Translations under genes and position numbers: made by a program
The notes under the pieces: model-generated
Database searches by the model: none
What the model saw: the letters and a program-made list of their open reading frames with translations, nothing else
What the model was told of the DNA's origin: nothing
DNA from: Malacoraja senta
Lineage: Eukaryota
Assembly: GCA_038087875.1 (NCBI GenBank)
Contig: CM075988.1
Span: forward strand, 18,788,001 to 18,852,000
DNA length: 64,000 nucleotides
Direction of reading: 5' to 3'
In this document: positions 1-11,145 of the stretch, in pieces
Position numbering within the stretch: position 1 is the first letter of the stretch
Layout: the number at the start of each line of letters is the position of its first letter

Positions 1-287
1 GTAGAGTTGCTGCCTTACAGCGAATGCAGCGCTGGAGACCCGGGTTCGATCCCGACTACGGGTGCTGTCTGTACGGAGTTTGTACGTTCTCCCCATGACC
101 TGCGTGGGTTTTCTTCGAGATCTTCAGTTTCCTCCCACACTCCAAAGACGTACAGGTTTTCTAGGTTAATTGGCTTGGGAAATGTAAAAATTGTCCCTAG
201 TGGGTGTAGGATAGTGTTAATGTGCGGGGATCGCTGGTCGGCACGGACCTGGTGGGCAGAAGGGCCTGTTTCCGCGCTGTATCTTTA
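1..287 (+). mobile_element. tRNA-derived V-SINE (HE1-like), cut by the window start
   Basis: B-box GGTTCGATCCC, V-domain (GGAGTTTGTACGTTCTCCCC...TTTCCTCCCACACTCCAAAGAC) and CR1-like tail (GGGCAGAAGGGCCTGTTTCC). Confidence 0.85.
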
Positions 288-2679
288 AAACTGTATCTTT
301 TTTTTGCACAGACTTCTGTCTTTTAGACATTCTATGTGTAATTTATGTATAATGTATGTATCACTTCTTTTTGTGTGCTGTCTGATTCGATGTGCCTGTG
401 ATGCAAGCAAGATTTTCATTGTACCTGGACCTCACCACACCTGTACATGTAACAGTAAACTTGAACTGGAGGAGCTGGATGTTATCATCAGGGGGTTATC
501 ACAGGCAGGTTACCAGAGCAGTGTTATACACTGAGGGGAATGTAACAGGCAGTCGTTAGATTGGTCTTTTCCAGCTTTCTCCCTCCCACTTCACTCACTC
601 TGAAGAAGGGTCCTGACCCGAACATCGCCTGTCCATTTCCCTCCCTAGATGCTGCCTGACCTGCTGAATTATTTTCTCATTCTTAATATCTTCTGCACTC
701 TGATACAATCGCAACGGAATCATCCTATCACAACCAGAGAACAGTGCTGCACTGCTATCTACTTCTTTGGTGACCCTCGGACTATCCTTGATCGGACTTT
801 GCTAGCTTTACCTTGCACTGAACGTTATTCCCTTATCATGTATCAATACACTGTAAATGGATTGATTGCAATCAAGTATTGTCTTTCTGCTGACTGGTTA
901 GCACGCAACAAAAGCTTTTCACTGTACCTCGGTACACGTGACAATAAACTAAACTGAACTGAACTAAATTGAACTTCTAGTAATATGGTGGCTGGTCTGT
1001 ACCGACATGATTAACTGCAGCACAATTAGTGAGTTTTACTGTTCTAACATAATTTCCTGCTCTTGAATTCTAAATCTAAATATATGCTTTAATGAAGCCG
1101 TATAGATTTGAAGGTTGCAATTTCCTCTAAAAATGTTCTGATTTAAGTAACAACAGGAATGATGCATTCAGCCTTGTTGGCTACTCAAAGAGCCCACATC
1201 CTCTGCCCACCTATCTCCCCCTCTCTTCCAAACTTAGGACACAATGGTGTTAAAGTCTTGCATCTTTCCAGTTACCATACCGTGGTATGTTTATCAGAGA
1301 TTGGTTGTAATTGGTTTTGCCAGAGTATGAACCAGCAACGGAACAATGAAATTCTTACTTGCTGCAGCATAACAAGCCCATAAATGCAATACCACAGAAA
1401 TAATATATAATAGGCAATATTACAATAAATCAATTACAATAATATCCTGCAAATAGGTTAAAAGGATTGATGATCTGCACAAAATGCTGGAGTAACTCAA
1501 CGGGACAGGCAGCATCCCTGGAGAGATGGAATAGGTGAGGTTTTGGGTCAGGTCCTTCTTCAGACTGAGTGTCAGGGGAAAGGGTTCCGAGAGGTATAGA
1601 CAATAGACAATAGGTGCAGGACCATGACCGGACTTTACCTTGCACTAAATCTTATCATATACTGTATCCATACACTGCAAATTGCTTTTCACTGTACCTT
1701 GGTACACGCGACAATAAACTAAACTGAACTGAACAACGATTTGCATGGGTATGACAATTTATGTACAATTGGGCGGTCATGGTGGTGCAGCGGTAGAGTT
1801 GCTGCCTTACAGCAAAATGCAGCGCCAGAGACCTGGGTTCGATCCCGACTACGGGTGCTGTCTGTATGGAGTTTGTACGTTCTCCCCGTGATCTGCGTGG
1901 GTTTTCTCCGAAATCTTCGGTTTCCTCCCACACTCCTTGATAAAAATGTTAAATTGTCCAAGTTGGCGATATGCAGAGTACTGGCCTGCCGACTACAAAA
2001 TTCAGAAGGTTCAGAAGTTTGAAATGTCCTCCAAGATTTTAATCGTTCGCTCGCCCGTGTGTCAGCCGACGTATAGCTCGCTGTTGGCTTCTGTCGTCGT
2101 CCAACATGTTGACAGAATTGGTCACCCAACGCGTCACCGAGTGCATCGTGTCGTCGTTTCCGGGGATCGTCACGAGGAGCCTTCTGTCATGATACCCTAG
2201 ATTTTAATAAAATAATTAGATAAATGAGTTCTTTCAGTTGGCAGGGATTGGAGCATTTGGTTGAGGAAGGTGCAGGCGAGTAAATGATCCAATGTGTGGT
2301 ACGCTCTGTCTGTATGCGTGGGGCGCCCTTCCTCATTGTCTCCTGACAAGGCGAGAAGTAGATGAGAGTTTAGTGGGAGAGGAGGCGAACAGTGTGAAAA
2401 CCTTTCCGTGTTGAAATAATGATTGTCACAGGTTCAGTATCGGGTGCCTGCGGTGGTTATATATCTGTGAGAATCATTAGCTGCCCTGATTTTGGACATC
2501 CTTAACACTGATTGCTCTTAGACTTATACAATCAGGCAAATTGAAATTAATGATACAAAATTAGACTGTCTCCTTTCGTCTCTTACTTAATTTCCTAGGG
2601 TCGGCTGGGGATCAGAGACACTCACTGCTTGACAGTACGCTGTTTTGTTTCCACTGTTTGTTGACCGCGATGAGACATT

Positions 2680-3000
2680 TAGTTTTAGCTTAGCTTTGCA
2701 TAGATAAACGGTGCAGAAACAGGCCCTTTGGCCCATCGAGTCTGCGCCGACCAGCCATCACCCCGTACACTAGCACTATCCTACACGCAAGGGACAATTT
2801 ACTATTCAGACCAAAGCCAATTAACCTGCAACTTTGTACGTCTTTGGAATGTGGGAGGAAACCGGAGCACCCGGAGAAAACCCATGCAGGTTACAGGGAG
2901 AATGTGCAAACTCCGTGCAAACAGCACCTGCAATCAGGATTTAACCTGGGACTCTGGCGCTGTGAGGCAGTAACTCTACCGCGGTGCCTCAGTGCCGCCC
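2680..3000 (-). mobile_element. HE1-like V-SINE
   Basis: Reverse complement of the same tRNA head, V-domain and tail. Confidence 0.8.
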
Positions 3001-3506
3001 ACTGTGTTCTAGATTAGCTACTCATGTGGCAGTATTCCTTGCAATGGGGCAAGCAGATTTAGACTGGTGATAATGTACTGTAGAAACAGGGAGCTGCAGA
3101 TGCTGGTCTACACAAAAGCGCTGGAATTACTACGAGAAAGTGGAGAGGTGTCAGAGATGGTCCAGGTGAATTTGAGTGCATGGTCGACATTTGTGGCAAA
3201 GATAACGAAGAAGAATTCTCTCTGCCTCTCTGTCCTCCCTGTTGCTATTATATTCCAGGGATGATCATGATAAGACTCTACAGTGTTTAATAGTAAGATT
3301 AAACGAGAACTTACCTAAGTTTGAAGTTTGATCTTTATTTTATGAGGAGTTACGTTGAGGGATTACGTGAAGAGTCCGCCAGGGCGCATGCGCGACATAT
3401 CTTCAAAGCAGTGGTGTGAAATCACAGATACGGTAGTCGAATGAAGATAGTAAGATAATAACTTGAATACCAGCTGACCTTTGTAATAGAGGGTGGGCGC
3501 GGAGGG

Positions 3507-3619
3507 CACGTAATCCCTCAACGTAACTCCTCATAAAATAAAGATCAAACTTCAAACTGGTAAGTTCTCATTTAATCTTACTATTTTACTTCGGAGTCAC
3601 GTGAGTGACTACGTGAAGA
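3507..3619. repeat. DIRS internal complementary region (ICR)
   Basis: 3507-3585 is the reverse complement of 3289-3369 (one mismatch, one 2-nt indel). 3586-3619 is the exact reverse complement of 8330-8363. Confidence 0.92.
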
Positions 3620-3789
3620 TTTTAAAGCTCTGTGATTTCATGCCATGGAACGAGTCCATGCTTCACACCCTGCTGTCGTAGACTGAGGAGGAAGTATGTT
3701 AACAAATCCAGACATGAATCAACTGTTAAAAAGAAACAATAAGTGATTTATTAACACAAATTATAATAATGACCCCTGTCCTTCGGGGC

Positions 3790-4760
3790 GTATTATAAAA
3801 CAGAACTCAAAATACTCTGCAAAAGTCACAGGCTTGGCAACTGGCTTATTATAAAATTCTTGGAAGGTCTTCTCCCTGGACCATCCTTCCGTACCCAAGA
3901 TGTGATCCATTGGAACCTCCATGTGCCGTGCTGCCGATGTGGCTGCAGCCCTGGTGGAATGAGATTTAAAAATATCAGTATCCACCCCTGCAGCCCCAAA
4001 ACCTGTCGAAGCCATCTAGATATAGTTTGGGCCGATACCCTATTGTGAGGTCTTTTGTGGCTCACTAATAGTGCCAATTCTTGGCCTCTTACTTTAGCTG
4101 TTAGCTCAATGTAAAGTAACAGATGTATCATAACGCATAAGTGAACATCTGTAGGTATGCCCGAAACTCTAGTTTAAGGCCGGATAACCCTGGCCTGTTT
4201 TGTTTTACCAGTTCATGAATATAAAATGTTATATCATTTGTCCCTTTGGCCATCGAGTCCAGTCGTATTTTGTGTAGCGATTGCACCCGCTGGGCCGAGA
4301 CCAGTGCCATCAGCATTACCAAATTTAAGGGTAAGTTTCTCCAGGGACAAGGACGTTGCTGGTGACCAACCCCGAAGCAACGTTAACACAATACTCACAT
4401 CCCAAATGTGAGAGTATCTTGCCCTAGGGGGATTCGAGTTGAATATACCCCTCATTAGTTTGGAAACCAAGGGGTGAGATCCCAGTGAATGGTGGTCGAA
4501 TCCCCGCCACAAATAGGTCGATAGGGCACTCCTGGCGCTGTTGATGGCACTGTAGCTAAGCCTTTCATCGAAATGAAGGTTAGCGAGGAACTCCAGGACA
4601 TTAGTTACAGTGGCTGAGTTATACTCAACATTAGTCCTGGAACAATATAGTTCCCATTTCCTGATGTAAGTCAGGTACTGTTTCCTGGTAGACTCTCTTT
4701 ACGCCGCCGTGATCATGTTGATGGTTCGGTCCGTCAGTCCAAGATCCAGAAGTGGCCTGT
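3790..4760 (-). pseudogene. DIRS tyrosine recombinase (YR), one stop and about three frameshifts
   Basis: Fragments STRKQY...HPLVSKLMRG...WDV, ALVSAQRVQSL (catalytic R), TISRWL, FKSHSTRAAATS (HxxR) and GWS...TFQEFY (catalytic Y). In-frame TAA at 4699-4701. Confidence 0.9.
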
Positions 4761-5151
4761 TCAAATTCTGCAAATTAACAGATTAGTCCTGTCATGGCAT
4801 GGATGACTTTCGCCAGTTACAGGATGGACCATCAAGTCTGGTCTTTTAGTGACGGCCATACATGGTTCTGAAACCATGTCGAGAACCACAGGGAACCATG
4901 GCTGGGTAGGCCAGTCGGGTACTACTAATGAGGCAGAAGGGGGGAAATGCATAGAAAACCAAATTTCCCCAGTGCAGCGAAAATGCGTCCATCGCTGCTG
5001 CCCCAGGGTCTGGTTCCCACGCAACATATGTCGGCAATTGGTGGTTAAGCCTAGATGCAAATAGATCGATATCTGGTGTTCCATATCTTGCTATGATGTC
5101 TGCCAACACTTTGGGGTCCAACATCCATTCAGTGTTGTCATTAAATTTTCG
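4761..5151 (-). pseudogene. DIRS DNA adenine methyltransferase-like (MT) domain, C-terminal part of pol, disrupted
   Basis: In frame after the pol TGA: RKFNDNTEWMLD...IDLFASRLN...DAFSLHW...YAFPPF. A frameshift then leads to VVPDWPTQPWF. Confidence 0.85.
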
Positions 5152-6720
5152 TCACCTGGTGTCTGCCACTGAATTAAGTTTACCTGGTAGGTAAATAGCA
5201 GATCTCCAAATGTTTCTCTGGATACACCATTGCCAGATTGAATTGGCTAGATCATCACATGATATCGATCTGATTCCACCCATGTGATTAATATAAGCTA
5301 CCGCAGTGGTATTATCTATTTGCAGGTGAACATGCAAATTATGCATTTTTGAACAGTACGCCTTCAAACCATAGAATGCTCCCAACATTTCCAAATAATT
5401 TATACCAAGTGTATAAAGCAAAGATGATTCATGCGCATCCCATCTGCCCCCACAACTGGAGATGGTGTTGGTGGCACCCCAACCTTGAGCGCTGGCATCA
5501 GTCTGTAATACAACTGACGGGTTGTTAATAATAATGGAGCTGTAGGAACGCCGAATGTTATGCGTCCACCATCGCAGTTCCAAAATAGCTTTTGTTGGTA
5601 ATTGCATTGGTCTATCGAAATGACCAGCATGATGTTTAAGTGCTTGCACCTTTGCTCTCTGTAAATTTTGATAGTGCAAAGGTCCAAAGTGTGTCGCTGG
5701 AAAAGCAGCTACGATTTTGCCAATTACCCTTGCTACTTGTCTGATAGATGGTTGACTGATGACAGCAAGGTTGCTGCAAACTTCCATTAATTCAGTTGCC
5801 TTTCCCCTAGGTAAAGTCACAGTCATGTGAACTGAATTAATGGTGAATCCCAAATAGTCCATAGTCGTGGATGGTGTTAACTTTGATTTATCTGGATGTA
5901 TGATAAACCCCAGTTTCTCAAATAGACCTATGGTAGCTGTAACAGCTAATTTGGCTAATTCGTAGGTTTTACCCACGATTAGTATGTCATCTAAATACAC
6001 CATGACTATATGTTTTTGTTTCCGAAGAAACGCCAGAGCTGGTTTCAGTAATTTGGTGAATAGTCTGGGGGCTGAGGTCAATCCATTAGGTAGTGCTTTG
6101 TACTGCCAAAGCTGCCCCATCCAGTTAAACTTCAGATATCGGCGGTGATCCTTGTGTTTCGGCACCGAATAGTATGCATCTTTTAAATCGATGCATGCCA
6201 TGAAGTAGCCTTCGGATATCAATTGTTTGGCCATGACAAAGGTTTCCATTTTGAAATGAGTATACTGCATAAATGTGTTCAATTGTCTCAAATCAATAAT
6301 GATGTGACATCCACCATCTTTTTTATTTTTTGTGAAAATGTTTGACACAAATTCTCGAGACTCATGTTGAGATCTCTCAATTACACCCTTAGTATAAAGC
6401 CTCTTAATTTCAGCATGACCATCCAACTTCTCTTGTTGTGATAGAATAAATGATCTGATGGGTGCATGCTGAAGGTGTTTGTTTTCGAATTCAATTTCAT
6501 ATCCTTGAACACTATGCAGTAGATAAGAATCAGAGGTTATTGAGCTCCATGCCTCACTAAACCAGTGTAACCTACCCCCAACAAGTGTATCCATTGCACC
6601 TGCTATGTCCTGGGAGGAACCAGACCCATCTACCTCCATGGTTACCAGTGGGGTGTTCATCTCTTCTTCTGTTTCTTGGCCGATTGAGGTGCTGGAATTC
6701 GGGGTTGGCGCATCTTCCAC
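5152..6720 (-). CDS. DIRS pol: reverse transcriptase + RNase H (522 aa, ends at a premature TGA)
   Basis: RT motifs IDLKDAYY, LPNGLTSAPRLFTK and YLDD. RNase H motifs TDASAQGWG, INYLE, IDNTTAVAYIN and YLPGKLNSVAD. Confidence 0.93.
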   Translation of the reverse strand: MEDAPTPNSSTSIGQETEEEMNTPLVTMEVDGSGSSQDIAGAMDTLVGGRLHWFSEAWSSITSDSYLLHSVQGYEIEFENKHLQHAPIRSFILSQQEKLDGHAEIKRLYTKGVIERSQHESREFVSNIFTKNKKDGGCHIIIDLRQLNTFMQYTHFKMETFVMAKQLISEGYFMACIDLKDAYYSVPKHKDHRRYLKFNWMGQLWQYKALPNGLTSAPRLFTKLLKPALAFLRKQKHIVMVYLDDILIVGKTYELAKLAVTATIGLFEKLGFIIHPDKSKLTPSTTMDYLGFTINSVHMTVTLPRGKATELMEVCSNLAVISQPSIRQVARVIGKIVAAFPATHFGPLHYQNLQRAKVQALKHHAGHFDRPMQLPTKAILELRWWTHNIRRSYSSIIINNPSVVLQTDASAQGWGATNTISSCGGRWDAHESSLLYTLGINYLEMLGAFYGLKAYCSKMHNLHVHLQIDNTTAVAYINHMGGIRSISCDDLANSIWQWCIQRNIWRSAIYLPGKLNSVADTR

Positions 6721-8167
6721 GAAGGTCGCTCTGGGCCGCGGTCTAAAAAAGACCTTTGTCCTTGAGTTGCGGCCTTCGAGCTTTCACCAGCTTCGACGTG
6801 ACGTGGCCTGCTGGTGGATGCGTAGGGGTGCTGTCGCCGAGGTATTTTGCCCGATGCCTTGATGAGCCCGGCAGTTTTCGCCACTTCATCCAGGTCTTTA
6901 ACCTGTTTGGACAGGTTGCCCCCGAATAACAAAATTGGCGGCGGTGTGGTGTTGGTCTTGCACAGAGCCGCAAATTTGGGGTTCAAGGCTGGGCAGATGG
7001 AGTTCTTTCGGAAACAGTTGATCTCAAACTGTGTATTGCAGAGCATCGCCAGCGTATCTTGCTGAGCCTCTGTCATTTCCGTGTCATCCACCGACCGGGC
7101 AAATGCTGTAATCCCCGTTGTTAAAAGTTTAAGGATTTTCTGCATTTGTACCTCCTGTGCCCTTATACCTGCACCAATATGTCCCCAGATGGAGGGATTC
7201 ACTGCTGGGACATTCAGTGAAATACAGTTCTCTGGTGCCAGGTATTTTGCAGTAGTTTTATTGAGCGCCTGTTCCTGCAATTGATGGGTTGAAAGGTAGT
7301 CAATGCTGGCTGCTAGTTGTTGTTTCAGCGGCTGCCCTGACTGTGGAGGCACCGCAAACTTTTTCACCATTCCCAGCATCTTCTCTTCTGGCACCCCCAG
7401 CACACTTGAAGTATCTTCAGCCAACCCTTGTTCAGAGTCAGCCCAGAAATGACTCCCAATGCTCCCCTCTGTCGAGGGAGATACATTGGACTGTTTGCCC
7501 TCCTCCCATCAGGGAGGCGGTACAGGAACCACAGGTCTCGTACCAGTAGGATGAGGAACAGCTTCTACAATTATACCGTCGCATTGCTGAACTCGGAGTC
7601 CCGCCGATAGATTCCTCCGGTCCCTCCGTCCCCATTGTTAATTATTCTGTATTTTTGATTATTCTGTATCCTCTTGTTTTTTAAATTTCTATATTGCACT
7701 ACTACTACGGACTGATGCAAAACTGCATTTCGTTGTACCCATACTCAGTATTTGTACAATGACATTAAAGTTGAATTGAATTGAATTGAAATTGAATTGT
7801 GCAGCCCTGAAAAAGGTACTGCCATGGGCATCCTAGGAGGCCCGTAGTGACATGACTCCATCACCCGGAGTTTGTCACGGTGAAGCAATTGCTCCACTAG
7901 CCGCTCCAGACGTGAAATGCGACTACTGTCGCTGTCTGCCGGCGGTGTTTGCTCATGGCCCGATACATCGGAGTCCATGAGCGTGTCCCTCCTTTTAGCG
8001 TTCCTGTCAGCCTGTGGCGACCCAGGCTGCACAGGTGCCGGGATAGAGACTGCTGATCGCAAAGATTGCCATGCTGCAGTCGGCCGCTGCTGGCTCCCGG
8101 TACTCTCGCGGTCCTCCTCAGCCAGTTTCTTAGCGGCCCGTTTGAACTTGGTACGGGTCCTGTCCAT
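6657..8167 (-). pseudogene. DIRS ORF1 (gag-like), interrupted by a LINE insertion at 7489-7799
   Basis: Removing the insertion joins ORFs 7745..8200 and 6657..7424 in frame (...FSGLHN|VSPSTEGSIGSHFWADSEQGLAEDTSS...). The region lies upstream of pol and overlaps it. Confidence 0.85.
7489..7799 (+). mobile_element. 5'-truncated Rex1/Babar-like LINE 3' end inserted in DIRS gag
   Basis: Encodes GLFALLPSGRRYRNHRSRTSRMRNSFY (ORF2 C-terminus), ends in a (TTGAA)n tail, and has ATTG at both junctions (7485-7488, 7796-7799). Confidence 0.85.
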
Positions 8168-9724
8168 CGTTGGTCTTCCTGTGAACAGAAAGACACCCAA
8201 AAAACGACCTCAGAGTAAGTAACTTTCCTGTAGGTCTCCGGGTTTAAGCTTACCGCTGCGGGGAACGCTCCTCCCCGCCTGTTGCTCTCAATGCGCTAGA
8301 CGATATGTCGCGCATGCGCCCTGGCGGACTCTTCACGTAGTCACTCACGTGACTCCGAAGTAACATTGTCAGATATAGTGGCAACAGAACAATGGAAGTC
8401 TTACTTGCTGCATCATAACAGGTCCATTGAAGCAATAACACACACAGATAACTATATGATAATCTACAATACAATAAATTAATAATCAGTAATACCGGGT
8501 GACCACAAGAGTGTAAAAGTGAAATCTGTAGAGCAACAAAGGCACAGTCCACAGAAGATCACAGTTGCTGAGGTTAGTGTTGTGCAGTGTTCAAGAGCTT
8601 GATGTTTGCTAAGAAGAAGCTATTCTTGTCTGAAGAAGGGTCTCGAACCAAAACGTCACCCATTCCTTCTATCCTGAGATGCTGCTTGTCCCGATGAGTT
8701 ACTCCAGCATTTTGTGTCTATCTTAGCTGTTCTTGAACCTGGTTGTCACCATTTTCTGATGGTAGTAGCAAAATGAGATCATGGCCAGACAATTCTAAGA
8801 CAATTCTCTTTCTTTAGTAAATGTGGTTTCCTCCCTGCTATTATAAATGGATCCCTCACCTGTGTCTCCCCTGTCCCCTGTCCTGTAGTTTCTCTCTCGC
8901 TCCCCCCCCCTCTGGAAGGAACATGGGTAGAGTTCACCTGGACCTCACCTCTCTCCTCACCAGCCTCCGCATCCAATATATCATCCTCCAAAAATTTTAG
9001 TCCTTATAAGCCGCTGAAGCTGTTTATCTAAAATAGACACAAAAAGCTGGAGTAACTCAGTGGAAGGCTGCATCTCTGGGTAGAAGGAATGGGTGACTTT
9101 TTAGGTCGAGACCCTTCTTCAGACTGCAGTCTTCAGATAGTAGTCTGAAGAAGGGTCTCGACCCAAAACGTCACCCATTCCTACTCTCCAGAAATGCTGC
9201 CTGTCCCGCTGAGTTACTCCAGCTTTTTGTGTCTGTCTTTGGTTTAAACCAGCATCTGCAGTTCCTTCCTACACTCTAAGCTGTTTATCTAAGGTACACA
9301 AAAATGCTGGAGAAGCTCAGCGGGTGCAGCAGCATCTTTGGAGCGAAGGAAATAGGCAACGTTTCGGGCCGAAACCCTTCAGGTTTCGGCCCGAAACGTT
9401 GCCTATTTCCTTCGCTCCATAGATGTGTACCTTCAATTTTCCAGCATCTGCAGTTCCTTCTTAAACAAGCTGTTTATCTAAACTGTTTCAGGGCCTGACC
9501 ACCTAATTTAATTAACACGTTTTATTTTTTGAACTTCAGTTATCTTTTTTGTTTCATTAGAAACAAAATTAGATTTGAAAATCTAATTTTTTAGCATTTA
9601 GCATTTAGCGTGTACTGTCGTGAATAAATGCCCTAGCTAAGACTCTGCATTTCCAACAACTTTGGACATGAACCTGACAAAAAGGCACTGGCAACAGAGC
9701 AACACTCGTGTGCTGTCTCCATGC

Positions 9725-10105
9725 CCTTTACCATTCATACATTCATAAGTTCATAAGTGAGAGGAGCAAAATTAGGCCAGTCGTCCCATCAAGTCTACAC
9801 CACCATTCAATCATGGCTGATCTATCTCTCCCTCCTAACCACATTCTCCCGTCTTCTCCCCAGAACCCTTGACACCCATAATAATCAAAAAAATATCAAT
9901 TTCTGCCCTAAAAATACTCATTGGCTTGGCCTCCACAGCCTTCTGTGGCAATGAATTCCACAGATTCACCACCCTCTGACTAAAGAAATGCTTTCTCATC
10001 TCCTTCATAAAGGAACATCCTTTAATTCTGAGGCTGTGACCTCTGGACCTAGACTCTCCCACTAGTGGAAACATTCTCTCCACATCCACTCTATCCAGAC
10101 CTGCA
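9725..10105 (-). mobile_element. CR1-clade LINE (HER1-like) 3' fragment
   Basis: ORF 9835..10110 reads GLDRVDVERMFPLVGESRSRGHSLRIKG...FFSQRVVNLWNSLP, the CR1 ORF2 C-terminus. Confidence 0.88.
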
Positions 10106-10893
10106 CTCATATACTTCTATGATTGTGCCTATATATAGTAGGTTTTCACTGCATGGTACACAAAGGGATTTCACTTTACATAGCTATGTGACAATAAATT
10201 ACCAATGAACCATTGAACTGTTCCTATCTCTCCTTGACTTCACTTTGCCTCAATAAAGGCCTGGAGATTTTGTTTTGTTCAACAATTTCAGATAACTGTT
10301 CCACTTCCACCGGTAAGACTTTTTCCAAACCCATTCTCCTTTAGTTATGCCACAGCTTTCTGCCCGGAGCAGAATAGAGAACGGTTAAGTTATTGAACGA
10401 GCAGCCAGTGTTCTGGGTTAATGATTTTGAGCAATGAGTTCAAATCCCACGACTGTAACTGGGGAATTTAAATCCAGTGAATATATCCGAAGTTAAAAAA
10501 AGGAAATCTCATCTCAGATATTATAATCGCGGTGTTGCCAATTAGCCATGAAAACCCATCTCATTCACTGAGGTCCTTCAGGGTAGAAAGCTGCCGTCCT
10601 CACAGATGGAGAAAAGGCAGGGGGAGTTTAATTCGAGCAAGTGTGAGTAGTTGCACAGTGAAAGGTCAAATGTAGTTTAGTTTAGTGTAGCTAATTTTAG
10701 AGATACAGCGGCCCTTCGGACCACCGAGTCCGCGCCGACCAACGATCCCCACACATGAACACTACCCTACACACACGAGGGACAATTTTTGCATCGAATC
10801 AGACAGCACACAAAAAGAAATGATACATACATTATACATAAATTACACTTAGAATGTCTAAAAGATAGAAGACTGTGCAAAAAATAAGATACA

Positions 10894-11145
10894 GTTTTAG
10901 AGATACAGCGCGGAAACAGGCCCTTCAGCCCACCGGGTCCGTGCCGACTGGCGATCCCCGCACATTAACACTATCCTACACACACTACGGACAATTTTTA
11001 CATTTACCAAGCCAATTAACCTACATACCTGTACGTCTTTGGAGTGTGATAGGAAATCGAAGATCTCGGAGAAAATCCACGCAGGTCACGGGGAGAACGT
11101 ACAAACTCCTTACAGACAGCACCCGTAGTCGGGATCGAACCCAGG
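10894..11145 (-). mobile_element. HE1-like V-SINE (partial)
   Basis: V-domain, B-box and tail on the minus strand. Confidence 0.8.

Larger units (their letters stand above)
3289..8363 (-). mobile_element. DIRS1-like tyrosine-recombinase retrotransposon, full-length structure, ORFs disabled
   Basis: Perfect 38-bp inverted repeat 3364-3401/8302-8339. ICR 3507-3619 is complementary to both termini. Order on the minus strand is gag - RT/RNaseH/MT - YR. Confidence 0.95.

Noticed and set aside
3790..5151. Phage or bacterial contamination (integrase + methylase)
   Set aside because: Both domains are normal DIRS components and lie within the ITR-bounded element flanked by vertebrate repeats.
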